Shown: positions 42,409-54,064, counted from the first letter of the stretch. The stretch: 64,000 nt of DNA from an uncultured Actinomycetota bacterium (GCA_963770955.1 CAVYRK010000001.1:4035-68034); one strand, 5' to 3'. Translations and numbers: made by a program. Notes: generated from the sequence alone by a model not told the origin.

Positions 42409-43350
42409 ATGGCTCGCAGCCTCCCATCCGAGATCCGCCAGGGGGAGCGCACCGAGGCCGTGTCCTGCCGCGACCTGACGAAGCGGTTCGGCGACACGGT
42501 TGCCGTCGACTCGCTCGATCTGTCCGTCGCCCCGGGAGAGACCTTCGGGTTCCTCGGACCGAACGGCGCGGGCAAGACCACGACGCTCCGGATGCTGCTC
42601 GGGTTGGTGCGTCCGACGAGCGGCGTCGCGCGCCTGCACACCGGAGATACGTCCGGTCTTTCCCGGGTCGGCGCCATGGTCGAGGAGCCGACGTTCTACC
42701 AGTGGCTCTCCGGCCGGGCCAACCTTCGCGTGCTGGCCGGCGCCGGCGCGCCGCTCCCGCATCGCGACATCGAGGCGGCCATGGACCGCGCCGGCATCGC
42801 CGGCGCCGCCGGGGACAAGGTCAAGACGTACTCGCAGGGCATGCGGCAGCGCCTCGGCCTGGCCGCCGCCCTGATGCGACGGCCGGCGATCCTGCTGCTC
42901 GACGAGCCGACCAACGGTCTGGACCCGGGCGGGATCCGTGACTTCCGCTCGCTCCTGAAGGAGGTCGCGGCCGAGGGGGTGACCGTGTTCCTGTCGAGCC
43001 ACCTCCTGACGGAGGTGGAGCGGCTCTGCGATCGGGTCGCGATCGTCAACCGGGGACGGCTGGCGGCGGCGGGCCCGCTGAGCACGCTCGAGGGGACGAG
43101 CCGGGTCGTCCGCGTCGAGGTCGCGCCGGCGGACGAGGCTCGGGCGATGGACCTGCTCGCGTCGCGCCGCCCGCGGCGAACGAACCAGGGTGTCATCACG
43201 GTCGACGCGCCATCCGGCCGCGAGGTCGCCGAGGTGCTGGCGCGCGGCGGTGTCTACCCGGAGGCGCTGTCCGTCGCCCGACGGTCCCTGGAGGACGTGT
43301 TCATGGAACTGACGGAGCGGGAGGACTCGAATGCGACTGTTGGCGTCTGA
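42409..43350 (+). CDS. ABC-2 exporter ATP-binding protein
   Basis: GPNGAGKTT, YSQGMRQR, LDEPTNGLD, SSH. Confidence 0.92.
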   Translation: MARSLPSEIRQGERTEAVSCRDLTKRFGDTVAVDSLDLSVAPGETFGFLGPNGAGKTTTLRMLLGLVRPTSGVARLHTGDTSGLSRVGAMVEEPTFYQWLSGRANLRVLAGAGAPLPHRDIEAAMDRAGIAGAAGDKVKTYSQGMRQRLGLAAALMRRPAILLLDEPTNGLDPGGIRDFRSLLKEVAAEGVTVFLSSHLLTEVERLCDRVAIVNRGRLAAAGPLSTLEGTSRVVRVEVAPADEARAMDLLASRRPRRTNQGVITVDAPSGREVAEVLARGGVYPEALSVARRSLEDVFMELTEREDSNATVGV

Positions 43351-44167
43351 GCTTCGGCGGCTGTGGCGCCCGCTCCTGTTCGGGACGGCCCTCTGTTTGG
43401 TGGCGGCCGGATTCGTGCTGACGAGGGGCGGCGCGCTGCTCGGCCAGGCGTCGAGCGTGAAGAGCTCCGCGGGCGTCCCCGTGCCGCACGGCCTGGTCTT
43501 CACGAGCCCGACTGGCATCGGGCGCGTCGCCGCGGGCCTGATGGCATCGCTCCCCGGACTGTTCGCTCTGCTGGTGCTCGGCGGCGGCCACGTCGCGGGG
43601 GAGTGGTCGGGGCGCACGCTCAAGTCGGTGCTGCTGCAGGACGGCCGTCGGTGGCGCTGGCTGGGCGGCAAGATCGCGAGCCTGTGGGCCATCGGCGTCG
43701 CGCTCGAACTGGTCCTGTGGGCCGCGCTGGCACTCTGGACGCTCGCGCTCCGCCGCTGGTGGCCGCCGGCCGGCCATCTCGGGCTGACGCAGGGCCTCGA
43801 TGTCGCGTGGCCGGACGTCGCCCGGAGTCTGCTGGTGCTCGCCCTCTTCGCCGCGCTGGCGACGCTGGCCGCGGTCCTCACGCGCAGCATGCTCGGCACG
43901 GTGCTCGGCGGGACGTTCGTTCTCGGCGGATCGATGGCGCTCAGCAACATCGCGTTCACGCGCGAGCTGCCCTCGTACTGGGTGACGGGGTGGATGCGAT
44001 TCCATGCGGTCGGCACGGGCGCCCCCTACGCCCTGTGGAACGACAAGTTCCCGGCCGGCATCCCGTACCCGAGCGTGGCCGTCGGCGTCCTCGGGGTGGT
44101 CGGGCTCCTGGTGGCGTGCGTCGCGATCGCCGGCATCCAGTTCGCCCGGTCGGACGTCTTGGTCTGA
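43331..44167 (+). CDS. ABC-2 exporter permease
   Basis: About 6 TM segments; AGEWSGRTLK; overlaps the ATPase stop. Confidence 0.85.
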   Translation: MRLLASELRRLWRPLLFGTALCLVAAGFVLTRGGALLGQASSVKSSAGVPVPHGLVFTSPTGIGRVAAGLMASLPGLFALLVLGGGHVAGEWSGRTLKSVLLQDGRRWRWLGGKIASLWAIGVALELVLWAALALWTLALRRWWPPAGHLGLTQGLDVAWPDVARSLLVLALFAALATLAAVLTRSMLGTVLGGTFVLGGSMALSNIAFTRELPSYWVTGWMRFHAVGTGAPYALWNDKFPAGIPYPSVAVGVLGVVGLLVACVAIAGIQFARSDVLV

Positions 44168-44178
44168 CGGCCGGAACG

Positions 44179-44205
44179 TGTCGATTCCCTCGCAGGCCGT
44201 TCGTC
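44179..44205 (+). promoter_or_regulatory. ECF42-type promoter upstream of yciI
   Basis: TGTCGA-N17-CGTC, the motif known for ECF42 targets (DGPF genes); a cognate sigma lies at 46898. Confidence 0.75.
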
Positions 44206-44255
44206 GCTATGGTGAGGGCGGCGAGCGGCGCCGCCGAGGATGAGGAGGTGGAGGC

Positions 44256-44618
44256 ATGAAGTACGCGCTCCTGATCTACGACGACCAGCAGGCATGGGGG
44301 CAGCTCGACGAGCAAACCCGGGCCGGCATCTACGAGGAGTACGGCACGTTCGCGGGCGGCTTGGAGGAGAAGGGCCAGATGCGCGGTGGCGAGGAGCTCC
44401 AGCCGACCTCAACGGCGACGACCGTGCGCATCAGGGACGGCAAGACGCTCACCACCGACGGTCCCTACGCGGAGACGAAGGAGCAGCTCGGCGGCTTCTT
44501 CCTGATCGAGTGCGACAACCTCGACGAGGCCATCGACGCCGCCGCCAATATCCCCTCGGTGACGCGGGGCGGCATCATCGAGGTCCGGCCGGTCGCGGAG
44601 AACCAGCCACACGCCTGA
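44256..44618 (+). CDS. YciI/DGPF-family protein
   Basis: MKYALLIY...TDGPYAETKEQLGGFFLIE...IEVRPV. Confidence 0.93.
   Translation: MKYALLIYDDQQAWGQLDEQTRAGIYEEYGTFAGGLEEKGQMRGGEELQPTSTATTVRIRDGKTLTTDGPYAETKEQLGGFFLIECDNLDEAIDAAANIPSVTRGGIIEVRPVAENQPHA
44572..44618 (+). repeat. 47-bp direct repeat, copy 1 (3' end of yciI)
   Basis: GCATCATCGAGGTCCGGCCGGTCGCGGAGAACCAGCCACACGCCTGA; 43/47 identical to 46446-46492. Confidence 0.9.
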
Positions 44619-44838
44619 CCGTCCGACGCGTGAACTGACCACCGACACCGACCTACAGACTGGGACCGTCGTGGGGCGGACGTTGACACCCACCGGACTC
44701 GACATTCCCCTTCGCCAACCTCGAGCGAGGCCCTGGGTCAGTCGGCACCTGTGGATGGTGCACGCCCGCGCCAGCGAACAAGCCCGACCGTGGCGGCCCG
44801 TGTCCGCCTGGTCACCACGATTCGGGTGAACTTGCGCG

Positions 44839-46247
44839 TTACAGACCCAATTCGTACATCGAGTCGTCGGTCGATCCCGCGTAGACCTTCCCGTTCACGA
44901 CCGCAGGAGAGGTCCAGGCGAAGAACCCCTTGGGGTCGGCGTAGGTGAACAGCGAGTTCCCCGATGAGGCATCGAGCGCATAGAGACTCCCTCCGTCGGT
45001 CCCGATGTAGACGACGCCGTTGGCCACGGCCGCCGAGGTTCGGAAGCTCCCCGTGAAGGGCTGGAAGATCGGCCACGCCTTCTTCCCGTTCGAGGTCTTC
45101 AGGGCGAAGAACTGACCGCCGGTGTTCCCGACGTAGAGCACCTTGTTCGCGACCGCGGGAGAGCCGACAACGACAGACCCCGTCGCGGTGGACCAGATCT
45201 TCGCCCCGGTCGTCGCGTTGAGCGCGTGACGCTGCCGTCGACGGACCCGACGTAGACGACGCCCTTGACCACCGCCGGGGACGACTCGACCTGGCCGCCC
45301 GTCGTGAAGTGCCACATCTGGGAACCGGTGGACGCGTTGAGGGCGTACACGTTGTCGTCGTTAGAGCCGAAGTAGACGACGCCCTTCACGACCGCGGGCG
45401 TCGACTCGACGATGTTCCCGGTGTTGAACGACCACAGATAGCCTCCGGTGGCCGCGTCGAGGGCGTACAGGTTGTGGTCGGACGAGCCGACGTACACGAC
45501 GCCCTTCACCACCTTCGGACCTGGAATCACGGATCCGCTCGTCGTGTACGACCACTTGAAGGCTCCGGTCTTGGCGTTCACCGCATAGACCTTGTGGTCG
45601 AGCGAGCCGAAGTAGACGACGCCGTTCGCCACCGCCGGCGAGGAGTCGACGTAGTCACCGGTCGTGTACTCCCAGAGAAACGACCCGGTCGAGGCGTCGA
45701 CGGCATAGAGTTTGTGGTCGAGCGAGCCGAAGTAGGCGATGCCGTTCGCGACGGCCGGCGACGTGGTGACGAAGTCACCCGTCGCATACGACCACGCGTT
45801 CGTGAGTCCCGACACGTTGCCGGTGTTCAGCGTGTTCTCGTATGGGTTGAGGCCCGTGTTGGCCGCATCGAAGCGGAAGTTGACCCAGTTCACGATGACG
45901 GTGAAGTTGTGCGAGGCCGACAGGCCGCTCGCCTGTCCGGTCGCGGACACCGAATGCGTCCCCGACACCGCGGACGCGGGAACATTGAACGACGTCGCGA
46001 AAAGGCCGGTCGGGTCCGTCGTCGTGCTGGCGACCTGGGTGGCGTCGAAGTCCACCAGAACGGTCTCCGTCGCCCCGAACCCGGAGCCGCTCACCTTGAC
46101 CTTGGCGGTCGGGGGACCAGTGGCGGGCTTGAGCGTGATCTTGGCGGCGGCGGCCTGGGCCGGTATGGCCAGCGCAAGGCCCGTCAGGGCGACGGCGATC
46201 AAGGTCGGCAGGACCAGGCGAACGGAGGTGGAGCGAGCAGGCGACAT
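44839..46247 (-). CDS. Secreted PQQ-like beta-propeller repeat protein with an N-terminal Ig-like domain, frameshift near 45228
   Basis: Signal peptide (..ALAIPAQA); about 7 repeats of roughly 40 aa, W.Y.TG..V.SSPAV..GVVYFGS.D..YA..A.TG. Confidence 0.88.
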
Positions 46248-46445
46248 GGGAGACCCCTTTCAAGCGCGAGTGCAGGCCGGCAGCCGGAGGGCCCGAGCGC
46301 TCTCCGGTTCCGGAATCACACCACTGCGAATAGCTCGCGGTCAACCGGTAGGAATCCCTAATCTTCCCGTCGGGTCGTCTTCTCCGACGACCAGAGAGGG
46401 GAGATCATCGACCGGCCACTCGCGCGGAACAGGCGTGGCGCGACA

Positions 46446-46492
46446 GCATCAACGAGGTCCGGCCGGTCGCGGAGGACCAGCCCCACGACTGA
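46446..46492 (+). repeat. 47-bp direct repeat, copy 2 (orphan yciI 3' end)
   Basis: GCATCAACGAGGTCCGGCCGGTCGCGGAGGACCAGCCCCACGACTGA. Confidence 0.9.
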
Positions 46493-46578
46493 AGGGCCCG
46501 TTCGGCCCCCCGCGCGTGAGCCGGATGGCCCTGCGCGGGCCGGGCGCGCCGGACCACCATGTCGGCGAGGTGATCGAC

Positions 46579-46848
46579 ATGGCCAACTGGAAGAACTTCC
46601 GGCAGTGTCCGGGGTGCGGCTTCGACCTCGGCACGGGCGAGGGCGAGCGGTCGTGCTCGTGGGGCGACTGTCCGTACGTGCCGGAGGAGTTGAATGTGTT
46701 CTGCGACCAGTGCCGGTTCGACTTCTTCACGATGGAAGGGAACCCGCACTGCGAGGACCCCGCGCTCTGCGACCACGGCGCGGACGCCCGGTCGCACGTC
46801 GACAACTACCGGCGGTGGCAGGCCGAGCTGTCCGGCGCCTCCGGATGA
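46579..46848 (+). CDS. Small Cys-rich protein (89 aa, 8 Cys), possibly metal-binding
   Basis: GAGGTG RBS; CPGC...CSWGDC...CDQC...HC...CDH. Confidence 0.75.
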   Translation: MANWKNFRQCPGCGFDLGTGEGERSCSWGDCPYVPEELNVFCDQCRFDFFTMEGNPHCEDPALCDHGADARSHVDNYRRWQAELSGASG

Positions 46849-46897
46849 CGCGGCGTCGGCGTCGTCGGGACGCTCCGGCGATACTGTCGCGGCATAC

Positions 46898-48131
46898 GTG
46901 GACGCCACCGAACAGCTCGTCGATCGCCTGTTCCGCCGTGAGTCCGGGCGTGCGGTCGCTTCCCTCGCCCGCGCGCTGGGCGACCTCGACCTGGCCGAGG
47001 AAGCGGTCCAGGAAGCGTTCGCGGTCGCGCTCGCCCGCTGGAAGGCCGATGGCGCGCCCGACAACCCGGGCGCGTGGATCACGGTCACTGCGCGCAACCG
47101 CGCCATCGACCGGCTCCGCCGGGAAAAGCGCCTGAGCGAGAAGGTCGCAGTCCTCGAGCAGGAGGCCGCGCGGGCCGGCGGCGCCGGCGAAGAGGACGAA
47201 CCGTATCCCGACGACCGGCTGGCCCTGATGTTCGCGTGCTGCCACCCATCGCTGTCCACCGAGGCGCAGGTGGCGTTGACGCTGCGCTCGTTGGGCGGCC
47301 TGACGACGAAGGAGATCGCGCGCGCCTTCCTGCAGCCGGAGCCGACGATCGCGCAGCGGCTCGTTCGCGCGAAGCGCAAGATCCGCGACGCCGGCATCCC
47401 CATTCGCGTCCCGCGAGCGGGCATCCTCCAGGAACGAACCGGCGCGATGCTCTCCGTCCTCTACCTGGTGTTCAACGAGGGGTACCTCGCGACGGAGTCG
47501 GAGACACTGACGCGTGTCGAGCTGTCCGCCGAGGCCATCCGTCTGGCGCGGCTGGTCGCCGATCAGCTTCCCGGCGACGCCCGAGGCGCTCGGGCTGCCG
47601 GCGCTGATGCTGCTGCACGACGCCCGCCGGCCGGCGCGCGTCGACGCGAACGGCGATCTGGTCCTGCTGGAGGACCAGGACCGGTCGCGCTGGAACCGCG
47701 ACCAGATCGCAGGAGGGGACCGCGCTCCTCGCGCGCGCCCTCGCGTTCGGCCGGCCCGGGCCGTTCCAGGTGCAGGCCGCCATCGCGGCCGTGCACGCCG
47801 AGGCGCCGCGGCCCGAGGACACGGACTGGGAGGAGATCGTCGCCCTGTACGACCGCCTGGCCGCGATGGCGCCGTCGCCGGTCGTCGAGCTGAACCGAGC
47901 GGCGGCGGTCGCGATGGCTCGGGGCCGGAGCACGGACTGGAGCTCATCGACGCGATCGAGGCGCGGGGCGAGCTGGCCGACTACTCGCTGCTGCACTCGG
48001 CGCGCGCCGACCTACTCCGCCGCATGGGGCGGAACCCGGAGGCGGTTGCCTCGTACGCGCGGGCCCACGAGCTGGCCACCAACCCCGTGGACCGCAGGTT
48101 CCTGGAACGCCGACTGGCCGAGCTGGCTTAG
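46898..48131 (+). CDS. ECF42-type RNA polymerase sigma factor with C-terminal TPR extension (several frameshifts)
   Basis: DLAEEAVQEAF, ARNRAID, DDRLALMFACCHP, AQRLVRAK, LVFNEGY, LEDQDRSRW, QAAIAAVH, SPVVELNRA. Confidence 0.9.
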
Positions 48132-49509
48132 CTCGGAACCGGCACCCCCGGCAGGTGCGCCAGGCCGGCCACGACGTCCTCCTCGCGGAACTCGACCTCG
48201 GGCAGACGCTGGTTCAGGTAGTCGTCGTAGGCCTGCATGTCGAAGTGCCCGTGCCCGCTGAGGTTGAACAGGATGACCTTCTCCTCGCCGGCCTCGCGCG
48301 CCGCGACGGCCTCGTCGATCGCCGCGCGGATGGCGTGCGCCGGCTCCGGCGCCGGAACGATGCCCTGCGTCGCGGGCGAACTGCACGGCGGCCTCGAAGA
48401 CCGAGTTCTGCGTGTAGGCCCTGGCCTCCATGCAGCCCCTCGCGCACCAGCAGCGACAGCGACGGCGCGTCGCCGTGGTAGCGAAGCCCGCCCGCGTGGA
48501 CCGGCGCCGGCACGAAGGTGTGCCCGAGCGTGTACATCGGCACCAGCGGCGTCATCTCGCCCGTGTCGCCGAAGTCGTAGGCGAACTGCCCGCGGGTGAG
48601 CGTCGGGCACGCCGCCGGCTCGGTCGCGACGAACCGCGCGTCGAGCTTCCTGGTGATCTTGTCGCCCATGAACGGGTACGCGAAGCCCGGCGTAGTTCGA
48701 ACCGCCGCCGACGCAGCCGATGATGACGTCGGGCGACTCGCCGGCCATCTCCATCTGCTTCCTGCGTCTCCAGTCCGATCACGGTCTGGTGCAGCAGCAC
48801 GTGGTTCGAGCACGCTGCCCAGCGAGTAGTTCGTGTCGGCGTTCGTCGCGGCGACCTCGACGGCCTCGCTGATCGCGATCCCGAGCGAACCCGTGGAGTC
48901 GGGGTTCTCCGCCAGGATGCGCTGCCCCGCCTGCGTCTCGGTGCTGGGGGAGGCGTGGACGGTGGCGCCGAACGTCTCCATGAAGATGCGGCGGTACGGC
49001 TTCTGCTGGTACGAGGCCTTCACCATGAACACCAGGCACTCGAGGTCGAAGAACTGGCAGGCCATGGACAGGGCCGAGCCCCACTGCCCGGCGCCGGTCT
49101 CGGTGGAGAGCCGCCGGATGCCCGCCTCCTTGTTGTAGTAGGCCTGCGCGATCGCGGTGTTCGGCTTGTGCGAGCCGGCGTACGACGTGCCCTCGTACTT
49201 GAAGTAGATGTGCGCGGGCGTCTGCAGCGCCTGCTCGAGCCGGCGGGCGCGGAACAGCGGCGTCGGCCTCCACAGCCGGTAGACGTCGAGGACCGGGCCG
49301 GGGATGTCGATCCACTGGTCGGTCGAGACCTCCTGCATGATCAGCGCCTCGGGGAACAGCGGCGCGAGGTCCTCAGGTCCCACCGGCTCGTGCGTGCCCG
49401 GGTGCAGCGGCGGCAAAGGCTGCGTGACCTGGGCGAGGTCGGGCATGATGTTGTACCAGGCGTTCGGAAGGTCGTCGGGCTTCAGGTTGAACTGCACCGG
49501 CTCGGCCAT
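48128..49509 (-). CDS. trpB: Tryptophan synthase beta-like PLP enzyme (TrpB2), several frameshifts
   Basis: WRPTPL, GSHKPNTA, TETGAGQWG, GCVGGGSN, HAGGLRYHG, FNLSGHGHFD; no adjacent trpA. Confidence 0.9.
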
Positions 49510-49688
49510 CTTGGTGCCCCCTTTGTGCGCATGACCAGTGGGAAGTCGCGCCATTCTAGGGGAACGTCCATGGGAGCGGAAGATGGACGGACGATCCTGT
49601 TAGGCTTGCGCGCCGGACTCGCCCCACGGGCGGTCCGCGGTTTCTCGTTCGGATCCCCGGCGCGGAAGACCCGCGTGAAGGAGTGTGC

Positions 49689-50033
49689 GTGGAAGAACCA
49701 CAGGTAGGAAAGAACGTCTGGCAGGGGCGCATCGGCGACGTCTCGCTCCGAGTCGACATGCTCCCGTCCGGACGCATCGCCTCCACGTGGAACTCCCGCG
49801 GGAACGAGCGACGGGCCGTCGTCGACACCATCCAGCAGCTCGAGCAGCGCGTGCTGTTCCAGCTGATGCTGGGTGCCGGCCCGGATTCCGACAAGCTCGC
49901 GGCCGAGATCGTCGCGGCGGTCAAGGCCGGCCAGGAGGGTCTGCCCGATCCGACGAAGGCCGCGCCTCCGCAGCGCACGCGGCGCAAGCCCGGGGGACCA
50001 CCCCGCCACCGCCGCTCGCGTCGCCGCCGCTAG
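49689..50033 (+). CDS. Hypothetical protein with an Arg-rich C-terminal tail
   Basis: GAAGGAG RBS before GTG; coding-like codon bias. Confidence 0.65.
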   Translation: MEEPQVGKNVWQGRIGDVSLRVDMLPSGRIASTWNSRGNERRAVVDTIQQLEQRVLFQLMLGAGPDSDKLAAEIVAAVKAGQEGLPDPTKAAPPQRTRRKPGGPPRHRRSRRRR

Positions 50034-50049
50034 CCCGACCGCCCTCCCG

Positions 50050-51357
50050 TCAGCTCCGATCCAACCAGCCGCCATCGCGGCCGTGGCGCGCCGCCACCAC
50101 ACCCGCGAGGATCGCGAGCGCGATCTCCTCTGCGCTCCGGCCGCCCAGGTCGAGCCCGAGCGGCGTTCGCACGCGCGCGATGTCCTCGTCGCTGAAGCCC
50201 ATGTCACGCAATGCCTCGACGTGCGGCCCGACGTGGCGCTTGCTTCCCATGACGCCGACGAACGCCGCGCCGTCCCGCAGCACCGCCGCGAGCGAGTCGA
50301 CCAGGTCCGGCGCGTCGTGGTCGGTGTGCACCGCGAAGACGTCGATGCCGCCCGGCACGTCCGGGACCTTGGACTCGACGCGGCCCCAGGAGTTGCCCGA
50401 TCCGAGCCGCTCCGTCCGCGACTCGACGACGACGGTGTCGAAGCCGACGGCCGGCGCCCAGCGGACCAGCGTGGCGGCGACCGGCGTGGCGGCGAACACC
50501 AGGAGCAGCGGCTTGCGGAGGCTCGGTTCGACGTACACATCGATCGACCCGAGGTCGTGCTGCAACGTGGTCGTGGACGCCTCACCCGACGCGAGCGCCT
50601 CGCGCGCGGCGTCGAGCGCCCCGGAGTCGAACTCCGCGCAGCCGAGCGTTCCCGCGATCGGCCCGTCCGCCGACAGGAGCATCTTCTGTCCGACGCGACA
50701 CGGTGGGTTGCCCGCGGCGCGGACGGCGGTCGCGAGCACGACCTCCTCGCCGGCGGCGCGCCGCGCGACGAGCTCGTCCTCGATGGACCGGTCGGGCGCG
50801 TCGTGCGAGCGCCGCGCCGCGCCGCCGTCTCCTCCGGTGCGTTCCTGCCCGGCGTCGGCCGCTCCGTGCACGGTGTTCCCGGCCAGCAGCTCCAGCGCGT
50901 GGCCGAGCAGCGGAAGGATCGATTCCAGGCTCTCGACCGCGCCCTTCGGGCTGCCGGGCAGGTTCACGATCAGCGTCGAGCCGCGGCTGCCGGCGACCGC
51001 CCGCGACAGCGATGCCAGGGGAGTGGCCTGCCGTCCGGCGGCGCGCATCTCCTCGGCCAGGCCCGGCGCCTCGCGGTCGATGACCGCACGGGTGGCCTCC
51101 GGCGTGACGTCGCGCGGCCCGAAGCCGGTCCCGCCGGTCGTCGCAACCAGCGCGACGCGGTCGGTGTCGGCGAGTTCTGTCAGGAGCCGCTCGATGGCGG
51201 GTCGGTCGTCGGCGACGACCTCCTGCCGGACGACCTCGTAGCCTTGCCCGGTCAGCAACGCGACGAGCGCCCGGCCGGACTCGTCGTCCCGGACGCCCTC
51301 CGACACCCCGTCGCTGACGGTCACCACCGCGGCCCGACGGCCGTTGGCTTCGCTCAT
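50050..51357 (-). CDS. MogA/MoaB-like molybdopterin adenylyltransferase fused to an XdhC/CoxI-family chaperone
   Basis: [35 protein letters not shown], then [41 protein letters not shown]. Confidence 0.88.
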   Translation of the reverse strand: MSEANGRRAAVVTVSDGVSEGVRDDESGRALVALLTGQGYEVVRQEVVADDRPAIERLLTELADTDRVALVATTGGTGFGPRDVTPEATRAVIDREAPGLAEEMRAAGRQATPLASLSRAVAGSRGSTLIVNLPGSPKGAVESLESILPLLGHALELLAGNTVHGAADAGQERTGGDGGAARRSHDAPDRSIEDELVARRAAGEEVVLATAVRAAGNPPCRVGQKMLLSADGPIAGTLGCAEFDSGALDAAREALASGEASTTTLQHDLGSIDVYVEPSLRKPLLLVFAATPVAATLVRWAPAVGFDTVVVESRTERLGSGNSWGRVESKVPDVPGGIDVFAVHTDHDAPDLVDSLAAVLRDGAAFVGVMGSKRHVGPHVEALRDMGFSDEDIARVRTPLGLDLGGRSAEEIALAILAGVVAARHGRDGGWLDRS

Positions 51358-51540
51358 GCCGAGGATGCTACGTGGAGCGCGGCGATCGGACGACTCAGCC
51401 GTTCCAGTGTGGACGCCTGCCGAGATCGATCCGATGGGGCGCCTCGGACCGGTCCAGAGACGTGAATCAGTCAGATTTCCCATCGACCGTTGGGCCGGAT
51501 GGACCTATGCTGGAACGGCCTGCTCGGCAGGCACCCGACC

Positions 51541-52621
<1,081 letters not shown>

Positions 52622-52639
52622 CCCGAAGGAGGTGCGCCC

Positions 52640-53026
52640 ATGCCGAGTGTTCGCGAGGTGATGAGCAAGGATCTCGTCACGGTCGACCGATCGGCCACGG
52701 TGGAGGAGGCGTCGGCCATGATGTGGGCGCGGCGCGTGGGGTCCGCGCTGGTGATGCTCGGCGACGACTTGGAGGGCATCTTCACCGAGCGCGACATCAT
52801 GAAGGCGATCTCGAAGAACGCCGACCGCGGCCGCACCATGACCGTGCGGGAGTTCATGACCTCGGAGCCGCGGACGATCGACGCCGACGCGACCGTCGGG
52901 GAGGCGCTCGACCTGATGCTGACCGCGGGGTTCCGGCACCTTCCGGTGACCGAGAGCGGCACGCTGGCAGGCATCGTGTCGATGACCGACCTGGTGCAGG
53001 CGACCACCAAGCCATCGTCCGGGTAG
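52640..53026 (+). CDS. CBS-pair protein
   Basis: VREVMS...GIFTERD...VREFMT...FRHLPV...GIVS. Confidence 0.9.
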   Translation: MPSVREVMSKDLVTVDRSATVEEASAMMWARRVGSALVMLGDDLEGIFTERDIMKAISKNADRGRTMTVREFMTSEPRTIDADATVGEALDLMLTAGFRHLPVTESGTLAGIVSMTDLVQATTKPSSG

Positions 53027-53071
53027 CTCCCGCTCCTCGCCGCAGGGTCTCGCATCCTGGATGATGTCCGG

Positions 53072-54064
53072 ATGCTGCTCCTGCCCCGTGACGACGTCGA
53101 GCGCCTGCTGGATCTCGACCGCCTGATCGATGCGGTCGCCGACGCCATGGTGGAGGTGTCGGCCGGCACCGTTTCGATGCCGCCGCGGGTGGCAGCCTCG
53201 GTCGACAAGCCCGAGGGACTGCTGGTGGCGATGCCCGCCTACCTCCCCGGCGCCGGGGCGCTCTCTACGAAGCTGGTGTCGGTCTTCCCCGCGAACCCCC
53301 GTCGCGGCAGGCCCAGCCACCAGGCGATGATCGTGATGTTCGATCCCGAGACCGGAACCCCGTTGGCCGTGATGGACGGCGAGTACATCACCGCGATGCG
53401 GACCGCGGCGGGGTCCGCGTTGTCCGCGCGATTGCTCGCGCGGCCGGGGGCGACGACGCTTGCGATCGTGGGCACGGGCGTGGAGGCGCGTTCGCACGGC
53501 GTGATGCTGCCGCGCGTGCGGACGTTCACGCGCGGTCTCGTCGCGGGGCGCGACCCCGCGAAGGCGGAGAAGGTTGCCGCCGGCCTGGCGGAGGCCACCG
53601 GCGTCCCGTTCGAGGCCTCGACGTCGTTTGCCGATGCCGTCGGCGGGGCCGACGTCGTCTGCGCGACGACCCACGCCACCGAGCCGGTGGTCCGCCGCGA
53701 ATGGCTGGCGCCCGGCGCGCACGTGACCTCGGTCGGTTTCAACGCCGACGGGAGCGAGATCGACGCCGCGCTGGTGTCCGGCTCGGTGGTCGTCGTGGAA
53801 TCGCGGGCGACCTCACTGGCACCGTTCCCGGCCGGGGCGGTCGAGCTGACGGCCGCCATCCGGGACGGGTCGCTGCGGGCCGACGACGTGGTCGAGATCG
53901 GCGAGCTCGTCACGGGCATCCGGCAGGGACGCACGGCGGACGAGCAGATCACGCTCTACAAGTCGGTGGGCGTCGCGGTGCAGGACGCCGCGGCCGCCGC
54001 GCTGGTGCTGGAGGAGGCCCGGTCGCAGGGCGCCGGGACGGACGTGTCCCTGGAGGCCTCCTGA
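53072..54064 (+). CDS. Ornithine cyclodeaminase / mu-crystallin family protein
   Basis: KLVSVFPAN, ITAMRTAAGS, IVGTGVEA, LYKSVGVAVQD. Confidence 0.9.
   Translation: MLLLPRDDVERLLDLDRLIDAVADAMVEVSAGTVSMPPRVAASVDKPEGLLVAMPAYLPGAGALSTKLVSVFPANPRRGRPSHQAMIVMFDPETGTPLAVMDGEYITAMRTAAGSALSARLLARPGATTLAIVGTGVEARSHGVMLPRVRTFTRGLVAGRDPAKAEKVAAGLAEATGVPFEASTSFADAVGGADVVCATTHATEPVVRREWLAPGAHVTSVGFNADGSEIDAALVSGSVVVVESRATSLAPFPAGAVELTAAIRDGSLRADDVVEIGELVTGIRQGRTADEQITLYKSVGVAVQDAAAAALVLEEARSQGAGTDVSLEAS

Noticed and set aside
45190-45800. About 120-bp tandem repeats resembling an array
   Set aside because: They are coding beta-propeller blades, with no repeat-spacer structure and no cas genes.
49510-49688. 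Possible Trp attenuator or T-box upstream of trpB2
   Set aside because: No Trp-codon uORF, T-box motif or terminator seen.
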